64,000 nt of DNA from a bacterium. GTDB taxonomy: Bacteria > RBG-13-61-14 > DATKZS01. How positions within the stretch are numbered: position 1 is the stretch's first letter; every line of letters starts with the position of its first letter. Below the pieces are notes generated by a model. That model saw only the letters and a list, made by a program, of their open reading frames with translations, was not told the DNA's origin and searched no databases. Location: the NCBI GenBank assembly GCA_963674965.2, contig CAXXFL010000002.1, forward strand, positions 384,001 to 448,000. Direction: 5' to 3'. The translations under genes were made by a program, and so were the position numbers. Positions 56,911 through 64,000 of the stretch are shown here, one piece after another.

Positions 56911-57336
56911 CTAATATGCCATAAAGAAAAAGTAAGTGGTTATAAGAAAAAGCGGTCCGTCGGTCAGCGCTCCGACCAGGTACGCGAAATAAGGTTTGGA
57001 TTTCATAAACAGGCGGAGGTATTGCAGGCTGGAGGCGGCCTTCGAGAAAAGGATGATCAGCACGATCTCATGATATCGTTCAACGTCCGCGGCCACGAAG
57101 ACGCAGGTGGCCACCAGCATGACCATCATCGAGTTGGTAAGGACCAGCCAGAATTTTTCCGACGATAGTGGAATGAGAGGAAATTTATCTTTAAACAGGA
57201 GCTTGGACGCCCCGTTTATGGACTCGAGAAGCGCGTTCTGAAAAAAGGCGAAGACCAATAGAGCGCCGCCGTACATGACGGCGGAAACGATCATCCAGGT
57301 CCTCAGGTTATCCATGGCCGGGGTAAGGTTGTCCAT
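56911..57336 (-). CDS. Hypothetical membrane protein
   Basis: About 4 hydrophobic segments; AGGAG RBS. Confidence 0.65.
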   Translation of the reverse strand: MDNLTPAMDNLRTWMIVSAVMYGGALLVFAFFQNALLESINGASKLLFKDKFPLIPLSSEKFWLVLTNSMMVMLVATCVFVAADVERYHEIVLIILFSKAASSLQYLRLFMKSKPYFAYLVGALTDGPLFLITTYFFFMAY

Positions 57337-57408
57337 TTATAAGTCTCCTTTGAGATATCGAGTTGAGCCGTGAAAGCAAAACGCAAAAAAAAAACAGGGT
57401 CCAATCCG

Positions 57409-57645
57409 TCAGTCTTCCTCGACCATTGGCCTTATCTTGCTCGGGTCCGGTCTTTCTCTCATGCCCAGCATCTTGATTTCCTCCCCCATCAGCTTCAGGT
57501 CGTTCTCCATGACCGACACCTGGTATTGCAACAGGCGAATGGCCCGGCTCATGAGGGCCATGGCGTAGAGCATCACTAAAAGCGATAGGGTCAGGATAAC
57601 GGTGAATCCCAGGTCCGCCCCGGATATAATATCAACCCATTCCAT
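57409..57645 (-). CDS. Small hypothetical protein (TM plus coiled coil)
   Basis: AGGAG RBS; TM followed by heptad-like LQYQVSVMENDLKLMGEEIKML. Confidence 0.6.
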   Translation of the reverse strand: MEWVDIISGADLGFTVILTLSLLVMLYAMALMSRAIRLLQYQVSVMENDLKLMGEEIKMLGMRERPDPSKIRPMVEED

Positions 57646-57949
57646 TTAAATCTCCTTGCCGTTCGTGATAGGGCGATTTTAGTAAGTAAACCGCCATTAT
57701 GCAAGAGCGCTTTCGACGTTTGCCAAGTAAAGTCTCGATGGACGCCGTGGCCGCCGCGGGGCGGCGTTTGTTTGAACTGCCGCGAGCGAAGTGGTAAATT
57801 CAATTGCCATGGGAGGCGGCGGGATTTTCAGGTCCGCGCCCGGGAAATTATCTCGCGGAAAAAATCCTTTATGTCTCCCTGAGCATCCAAACGCGAAGGG
57901 GCGCTTTGAAACCTTTGATGTTTCCGGGCGTTTACATAAGAGAGGGACC

Positions 57950-59098
57950 ATGGGATTCGACAAGTATTTTACGGAGGAGCACAATATTTTTCGGCGTCAG
58001 ATACGAAACTTCGCCGAGAAGGAGTTGGCCCCTCACGCCGAGGAATGGGAGAGGGCGGGGATATTTCCCCGCGAGGTCTTCAAGAAGCTGGGCGACCTTG
58101 GGGCCCTGGGACTTCGCTATCCCGAGGAATACGGGGGCACGGAGGCTGATTACTGGTACACGGTCGCGCTCCATGAGGAGATGGTCAGAAGCGACAGCGC
58201 CGGGGTGTCCCTGGCCGTCATGGTCCAGACCGACATGGCCACGCCCGCCCTGGCGGCTCACGGCACGCCCGAGCAAAAGGAGGAGTTCCTGGCCCCGGCC
58301 ATACGGGGAGACAAGATCGGGGCCATTTGCGTCACCGAGCCGGGAGCGGGGTCCGACGTCAAGGCCATTCGCACCCGGGCCGTCAAGGACAATGATCACT
58401 ATATTATTAATGGCTCAAAGACGTTCATTACCAACGGGACCCGGGCCGACTGGCTCACGCTCGCGGCCAAGACCGACCCCGAGGCGGGCTACGGAGGCTT
58501 GTCTCTGTTCCTGTTCCCCACCGACGTCCCGGGCTTTTCCGTGACCAGGAAGCTGGACAAACTCGGACATCGGGCCTCGGACACGGCGGAGTTGTCCTTT
58601 CAGGACTGCCGCGTGCATAAAAAATACCTGCTTGGAGAAGAGAATAAAGGCTTCTATTATATAATGGAAGGATTTCAGTACGAGCGGCTGGCGGCCGTTA
58701 TCGGCATACTGGCGGACGCGTATATTAATTTTAGTAACACCTTTGACTACTGCCGGGAACGCGAGGTGTTTGGAAAGCCGATAAGCCGCCATCAGGCGAA
58801 CGCTCACCTGATCGCGGACCTGGCCACGCAACTGGAGGCGGCCAAGGCCCTGACTTACCATTGCGCGGACATGATAAACCGCGGCGAGAACGCGATCCGG
58901 GAGGTTTCGATGTGCAAGCTCTTCGTGGGCGAGACGGTGCAGCGGGTTACCGACCGCTGCCTGCAGCTCCACGGGGGGTACGGCTACGTGGAGGAATACC
59001 GTATCTGTCGTTCCTATCGGGACGTAAGGTTGTCAACCATTGGCGGCGGAAGCTCGGAGGTAATGAGGGACATAATATTCAGGATGATGAACGGGTGA
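57950..59098 (+). CDS. Acyl-CoA dehydrogenase
   Basis: FTEEH..FR, TEPGAGSD, INGSKTFITNG, KLG..SDTAEL.F, LQLHGGYGY..EY, IGGGSSEVM. Confidence 0.94.
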   Translation: MGFDKYFTEEHNIFRRQIRNFAEKELAPHAEEWERAGIFPREVFKKLGDLGALGLRYPEEYGGTEADYWYTVALHEEMVRSDSAGVSLAVMVQTDMATPALAAHGTPEQKEEFLAPAIRGDKIGAICVTEPGAGSDVKAIRTRAVKDNDHYIINGSKTFITNGTRADWLTLAAKTDPEAGYGGLSLFLFPTDVPGFSVTRKLDKLGHRASDTAELSFQDCRVHKKYLLGEENKGFYYIMEGFQYERLAAVIGILADAYINFSNTFDYCREREVFGKPISRHQANAHLIADLATQLEAAKALTYHCADMINRGENAIREVSMCKLFVGETVQRVTDRCLQLHGGYGYVEEYRICRSYRDVRLSTIGGGSSEVMRDIIFRMMNG

Positions 59099-59171
59099 CG
59101 GCCTCATTAATAACGGGCGGTGGACAAGAGATTAACTCCGCCTATTACGACGGGAAACTGGAAGGTAGCGA

Positions 59172-60488
59172 ATGGCGTATAGAGCGATAGTAATTGTGAT
59201 CTCGATGGTTATAATCGGGCTTATGGGAGCGGCTTGTCCCGAGACCGCGTCGGACCCGGACCTTAAGTCGGGAAAAAGCGGCTCGCCCGGGATTCAAAAA
59301 CGCATCGAGAAGCTGGAGATGCAGTACGGGATTATTTTAAAGGACGATCCGCCCGCGGCGGAGACGGAGGATTTCCGACGGGACCTGGCCCAGGCCAAGC
59401 TCCTTCTTTCCGAGGGCAAGACCAAGGAAAGCGACCTGCTCGTCGAGAAAGCCGAGGTATGGATGGACTCGTCCCGCCGGGAGTACTATAAACGGTCGAA
59501 GGACTCCATCTTGGCGGGAAACTCGCGGGAGACGGCCGATTCCCTTATGGCCAAGGCCCGGTCCTTCCAGGCCAAGGCCGAGAGTAAGAGGACGCTGGGT
59601 GATCAGTGGGCCTTCGAGCAATATAATATCGCGGCCACCGAGGAGGGAGAACTGGCCCTTCTGGCCGCCGAGCGAAGGCCTGAGAACGCCGAATCGGTAA
59701 TAGAGATGTTCCTGGAACTTGACGGTTATTACAGGACGGCGGGAAGGATAGCGGAGGCGGAAGCCTCCAAGGAAAGGGTGCAGAGCTATCTCAAGGAATC
59801 GCAAGCGACTATCTCGGAGATGATAGAATCGTGCGTCTCGGGCAGGACAAGGGGATGCGAGGAATCGACTCTTACCGGCAACCGCGAAGCTTACGAGAAT
59901 AAAAAACAGGAAATACTGGCTCTTAACGACGTTTATAACGGCATCGCCGACGCCGGCTCGGAATTCGATCCAGGGGCCCTTCCCTACAGAAGCATGGACC
60001 TCATAGTGGAGAAATGGTACCGCAACCTGGATTATTATTGGAACGTGGCCAGCCAGAGAGGCGTAAACCGTCATAACGACGATAAAAAGGACTGGTACGA
60101 GAAATGCCGCGTGGCTATGAAGGAACATGACGCCAAGTGGAAACGCGGATCGGAGCCCGCCTCGGGGACCGGTATTACCCTGCGCGAGACCGGCGCCTTC
60201 GTCCAGGGAGACGCGGTCGTTATCAGAGGGACCCTTCAGAACAATAAAACCGAGCCCATTGGAAAGCCCCGGGTGGTGGTGGTTGGCGGGTTGATGTCGA
60301 ACGATCTGTATCTGGGTTATGAAAAGTTCAACCCTCTTACCAGCACCAGCTTTTCTCTTAAAGTAGAATGTTTTCCGGCTGAGGCTTATAACGCCTCCGG
60401 CGGCAAACTGCCCGACCATGAACTTCTTTTGATTTTTACCGAGACCAACGGACTCGAGCGGAGAGTGGTGCAGCCCATCTCCAGGTAA
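59172..60488 (+). CDS. Hypothetical lipoprotein
   Basis: Signal plus GAAC lipobox-like site; helical N-terminal half, beta-rich C-terminal domain. Confidence 0.65.
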   Translation: MAYRAIVIVISMVIIGLMGAACPETASDPDLKSGKSGSPGIQKRIEKLEMQYGIILKDDPPAAETEDFRRDLAQAKLLLSEGKTKESDLLVEKAEVWMDSSRREYYKRSKDSILAGNSRETADSLMAKARSFQAKAESKRTLGDQWAFEQYNIAATEEGELALLAAERRPENAESVIEMFLELDGYYRTAGRIAEAEASKERVQSYLKESQATISEMIESCVSGRTRGCEESTLTGNREAYENKKQEILALNDVYNGIADAGSEFDPGALPYRSMDLIVEKWYRNLDYYWNVASQRGVNRHNDDKKDWYEKCRVAMKEHDAKWKRGSEPASGTGITLRETGAFVQGDAVVIRGTLQNNKTEPIGKPRVVVVGGLMSNDLYLGYEKFNPLTSTSFSLKVECFPAEAYNASGGKLPDHELLLIFTETNGLERRVVQPISR

Positions 60489-60491
60489 TGA

Positions 60492-61064
60492 ATGAGCGAC
60501 AAATTGGAGGATTGGATGGACGTTCACGAGTGTATTAAGCAAAGGCGCAGCATCAGGAAGTATGAAGACAAGCCAGTACCGGCCCAAGCGCTGACCAGGA
60601 TACTGGAGGCCGTGCAATGGTCCCCATCCTGGGTCAATCTCCAGGTCTGGGAGGTGATCGTGGTGGACGACCCGGAGATCAAGGCCGCCCTGCAGGAGGC
60701 CGTGCCCGAGGCCAATCCGGGCAGGAAAGCCGTCACCATGGCTCCCATCGTTCTGGCCGTGTGCGGACGACAGGGAAAGTCGGGATTCTACGGGGATAAA
60801 AAGGCAACGGTCTATGGAGACTGGGTTATGTTCGATATCGGCATCGCCTGCCAAAACGTTTGTCTGGCCGCCAGAGCGGAGGGTCTGGGTACCCTGCATC
60901 TTGGTCTTCTCGACCATGAGAAAGCGGGCAAAGCGCTGGGCCTTCCCGACGACGTCAAGCTCTATGAGCTTATTCCCCTGGGATATCCGGCCAAAGAGGG
61001 AAAAGCGCCGCCCAGGCGTAAAATAGAGGAGTTCACCCACAAGAACGGTTTCGGTAAAAGCTGA
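60492..61064 (+). CDS. Nitroreductase family protein
   Basis: IKQRRSIRKY, SPSWVNLQ.W, LAARAEGLGT, IPLGYP. Confidence 0.92.
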   Translation: MSDKLEDWMDVHECIKQRRSIRKYEDKPVPAQALTRILEAVQWSPSWVNLQVWEVIVVDDPEIKAALQEAVPEANPGRKAVTMAPIVLAVCGRQGKSGFYGDKKATVYGDWVMFDIGIACQNVCLAARAEGLGTLHLGLLDHEKAGKALGLPDDVKLYELIPLGYPAKEGKAPPRRKIEEFTHKNGFGKS

Positions 61065-61164
61065 TATCCGGTTGAAACGAAAAGGCAATTCAAGGCGCCT
61101 TCGCGATATCGATAGGTCCTTTCAAGCGTCTTGTCCCAAAATCATCGTCTTGTCGCGTTGAAAA

Positions 61165-61196
61165 CGGGGTCGAGTAAAGTTCGACTCCGCTTTTTG
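61165..61196 (+). terminator. Possible terminator after nitroreductase
   Basis: CGGGGTCGA..TCGACTCCG stem followed by CTTTTT. Confidence 0.5.
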
Positions 61197-61310
61197 CCGT
61201 CTTCGGGAAAAAAGAGTCAAATGCTTTAAAATCGGTATAGTCATATCTCTCATTCAATGATTCCATTCGCTAACTTATAGATATTACAGGTTATTAATCC
61301 TTCCGTCCAT

Positions 61311-61326
61311 GGGCATGGAGATTGCT
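61311..61326 (+). promoter_or_regulatory. sigma54 (-24/-12) promoter
   Basis: GGGCATG-GAGA-TTGCT matches TGGCACG-N4-TTGCW with correct GG/GC spacing, 24 nt before ATG 61351. Confidence 0.6.
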
Positions 61327-61350
61327 AAAAGTCCTGCAGGAGGGAGAAGC

Positions 61351-62514
61351 ATGAAGGGCCAATCAAGAGACGGACAGTTAGCGCCCGGCAGCGTCGCGTC
61401 GGCGCGCAAAGCCATGAAAACGGCGCTTTCCGCCGATCCAGGCTTATCCTCATCGGTCCTCGTGGTGGATGACGAGCGGCCTATCCTCTATGCCCTGAAG
61501 AGGATGCTTATGTCGGAGAATATCAGGGTCATTAGCGCTCAAAGCGCAAGGGAGGCCTTGAGCCTTCTCGAAACGGAGACCGTCGACGCGGCCATACTCG
61601 ATTATTGGATGCCTGAAAAGGACGGTCTTTGGCTTGCCCGCATGATAAAGTCCATGTACCCGAGCGTCGTTCGCGTCATGCTCACCGGCTGTATCGAGCT
61701 CGACGTCGTCCAGGACGCCTTGAAGCGAGGAGAAATTTATCGCTACCTGGTCAAGCCCTGGGACCAAAAGGAGCTTATCCGCACGATTAACCAGGCCGTT
61801 GAATTATCCAGGAACGGGTCTGAAAGCGACAAAAAATGCGACTCATCCATGGGGGACTACCCCATCACCCTGTTCGAGTCCATGTCCCGTGAGGACAAAA
61901 GGCGCGGCCTTGGAGGAGGACCGGTTAACGACCGTCTTCTGCAAATGTTTTCACTGGTCAAGGCCGTCGAGATGAGGGACCCCTACACGCTGGGCCATTC
62001 CTCCCGCGTGGCCACCCTGGCCAGATGGACCTCACAGAAACTCGACATGAGGGAAAAAGACAGATACGACCTGGAACTGGCCGCGCTGCTCCACGACGTG
62101 GGAAAGCTGTCCGTGCCCGACGCGGTCCTCTTCAAGCCTTCAAGGCTGGCCGGAGATGACATGGCCTCGATATTGCAGCACCCAGTTAACGGCGAGCATA
62201 TGCTCAAGGTACACGGGGCCGCTCGCGAGGTCCTGGAGATAGTTCGGGGACATCATGAGGATTTCGACGGAAAAGGATATCCCGACCGACTGGCCGGAAA
62301 AAATATTCCCCTCGGCGCCAGAATCGTAAGGATTACCGATACCTTCGACGCCATGTATCATAAAAGGCCTTATCGCGAGTCCAAAGATATCGCGGATATA
62401 ATAAAAGAAATTAATAAATGTAAAAACAGACAGTTCGATCCTGACCTGGCCGAATTGTTTATTTCCCTGGTTGAGAATAACCAAAAGGAACTAAAAGCAA
62501 CCTATAAATATTGA
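61351..62514 (+). CDS. Response regulator with HD-GYP cyclic di-GMP phosphodiesterase domain
   Basis: REC (VVDDE, ILDYWMP, LTG, KPW); HD-GYP (GHSSRV, LHDVGK, HHE.FDG.GYP, DTFDAM, RPYR). Confidence 0.92.
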   Translation: MKGQSRDGQLAPGSVASARKAMKTALSADPGLSSSVLVVDDERPILYALKRMLMSENIRVISAQSAREALSLLETETVDAAILDYWMPEKDGLWLARMIKSMYPSVVRVMLTGCIELDVVQDALKRGEIYRYLVKPWDQKELIRTINQAVELSRNGSESDKKCDSSMGDYPITLFESMSREDKRRGLGGGPVNDRLLQMFSLVKAVEMRDPYTLGHSSRVATLARWTSQKLDMREKDRYDLELAALLHDVGKLSVPDAVLFKPSRLAGDDMASILQHPVNGEHMLKVHGAAREVLEIVRGHHEDFDGKGYPDRLAGKNIPLGARIVRITDTFDAMYHKRPYRESKDIADIIKEINKCKNRQFDPDLAELFISLVENNQKELKATYKY

Positions 62515-62530
62515 CTCGCGATAATGGAGC

Positions 62531-62566
62531 GGGCGGGAACCAAGTGAGTTTGGTTCCCGCCCTTTT
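62531..62566 (+). terminator. Rho-independent terminator between convergent genes
   Basis: Perfect 13-bp stem GGGCGGGAACCAA/TTGGTTCCCGCCC, 6-nt loop, then TTTT. Confidence 0.8.
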
Positions 62567-62586
62567 CCTTTAACCGCAATAAGGCC

Positions 62587-63771
62587 TTATTCCACTCTTT
62601 CCCAAAGGGAAGCGTTGCCGTTTCCAAAGCCGCCGCAAAGCATGGCGACCCCGCGCTTGGCCTCGGGGCGCTCTTTCTTCATGATGTTATTAAGAGTGAT
62701 GACCACCCTGGCGCCCGATTGCCCAAGGGGATGGCCCAGGGCCAGCGCGCCGCCCCAGAGGTTGGTCTTCTTGAAGGGCGCGTTTTCCTCGATGCCCAGC
62801 TCGCGAAGGCAGGCAAGGGCCTGAGTGCCGAAGGCCTCGTTCAATTCCCACACGTCGATGTCGTCCGCGGTAAGTCCGGTCCTTTTCAGCAGTTTCCTCG
62901 CCGCGGGGATGGGAGCTACGCCCATCTCGGTGGGATCGCACCCTGCCATGGCGCCTCCGCCGTAGCGCAGGTGGTACTTGCAGCCCAACTCGTCCGCCTT
63001 TTCGCGGCTCATTAACAGCACGCAGCACGCGCCCACCGTGAGAGGCGAACTGGTGCCGGCGGTCACTACTCCATCCGGCTTGAAGGCCGGCTTCATGCCC
63101 GCCATCTGCTCGGTGCTGACCTTGTCCCGAATCCACTGGTCGCGGTCGACCAGGAATTCCTCGCCGTTCTCGTTGACGCCTTTCACCGGGATGATCTCGT
63201 CGTTGAATTTGCCCGCGTCCCTTGCCTCCCTGGCGCGGGTATGGCTCCAGAAAGCCATCATCTCGGCGTCGGCCCTGCTGATATTGTATTTAGCGCCGAC
63301 CTTTTCCGCCGTCATGCCCATGGGGAATTCCATGGGGTTGTAATAATTGGCGATGCGGGGAGGGAAGTCCATGTGCATGCCCATGGTGACGTTGGCCATG
63401 TCCTCGGCTCCAGCGGCTATATATATGTCGCCTTCGCCGGCCATAATGGCGCGGGCCGCGTGCTCGATGGCCGCCATGCCGGAGGGGCACTGCTGGTTGA
63501 CGCCGTTGGTGGCCACGCTGTCCGGCAGTCCCGAGGCCAGCCAGGCCAGCCTGGCCAGGTCGTTCTGCATGCCCGTCTGGTTGGCCGTGCCCACGAAAAC
63601 CGACTCGATTTCATCGGGCTTGACCTGAGGGTTCCGCTCGAACAGGGCCGTGTAAACCACCGTCAACAGTTCGTCGATCCGCAGATTGCGGAACCAGCCT
63701 TTTTCCATGTGGGCCCTTGCGTTTGGGGTCCTTACTCCATCCACGAGAACACATTCCTTCAACTGAGCCAT
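62587..63771 (-). CDS. Thiolase (acetyl-CoA C-acyltransferase)
   Basis: GVRTP, NQQCPSG, VTAGTSSP, ELNEAFG, GGALALGHPLG, LCGGFG. Confidence 0.93.
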   Translation of the reverse strand: MAQLKECVLVDGVRTPNARAHMEKGWFRNLRIDELLTVVYTALFERNPQVKPDEIESVFVGTANQTGMQNDLARLAWLASGLPDSVATNGVNQQCPSGMAAIEHAARAIMAGEGDIYIAAGAEDMANVTMGMHMDFPPRIANYYNPMEFPMGMTAEKVGAKYNISRADAEMMAFWSHTRAREARDAGKFNDEIIPVKGVNENGEEFLVDRDQWIRDKVSTEQMAGMKPAFKPDGVVTAGTSSPLTVGACCVLLMSREKADELGCKYHLRYGGGAMAGCDPTEMGVAPIPAARKLLKRTGLTADDIDVWELNEAFGTQALACLRELGIEENAPFKKTNLWGGALALGHPLGQSGARVVITLNNIMKKERPEAKRGVAMLCGGFGNGNASLWERVE

Positions 63772-63895
63772 TTTTTCCTCCCTTTAAATTTTATTGATCG
63801 TCAAGGAATGACATACAATTCCGCGATTTTAGACGGACGGTAAAATAACACGCTTTCCTTGGGTTTGCAAATCGCCGCTTAACGGACGTAAAATA

Positions 63896-64000
63896 TCACG
63901 CGCCCAGAAGCTCGCGGGCAACCACCAGGCGACGTATCTCGGACGTGCCCGCGCCAATGGTATAGAGCTTGGCGTCGCGCAAAAGCCGGTTCACGCCGTA
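63896..64000 (-). CDS. Acyl-CoA dehydrogenase (isovaleryl-CoA DH-like) C-terminus, 5' part outside window
   Basis: Minus strand reads [34 protein letters not shown]. Confidence 0.85.
   Translation of the reverse strand, partial: YGVNRLLRDAKLYTIGAGTSEIRRLVVARELLGA

Noticed and set aside
59337..61088. 583-aa minus-strand ORF spanning two genes
   Set aside because: Shadow of two same-frame plus-strand genes (lipoprotein and nitroreductase); no recognisable domain

Overview
GC-rich bacterial chromosomal segment with Deltaproteobacteria/Desulfobacterota-like gene content (taxonomy is inferred, not tested). It holds about 57 CDS and one tRNA (CAT anticodon, probably Ile2). Recognisable genes are xsc, a Tat-signal Fe/Mn SOD, miaB, uvrA, RNase HI, gshA-gshB, Hsp20, thiolase and acyl-CoA dehydrogenases, plus several hybrid two-component proteins and a REC-HD-GYP gene behind a sigma54-like promoter. 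I found no CRISPR array, rRNA or prophage. Mobile or decayed DNA comprises an internally deleted IS1380-family element with both terminal inverted repeats (52458-53015), a small toxin-antitoxin-like pair with a frameshifted toxin, a frameshifted sulfatase and a collapsed PAS-kinase 5' end. The best candidate for an undescribed system is the 24.3-39.2 kb envelope block. It has a structured leader with a coupled uORF, an FN3x3/cohesin-like lipoprotein, a stand-alone PgaB-type glycoside hydrolase domain, a degenerate UshA-like CxC lipoprotein, an atypical DRG-like GTPase, FHA, PP2C, a Com-like zinc finger and two YfhO-type GT-C paralogs. All calls come from reading motifs by eye; no database searches were run.
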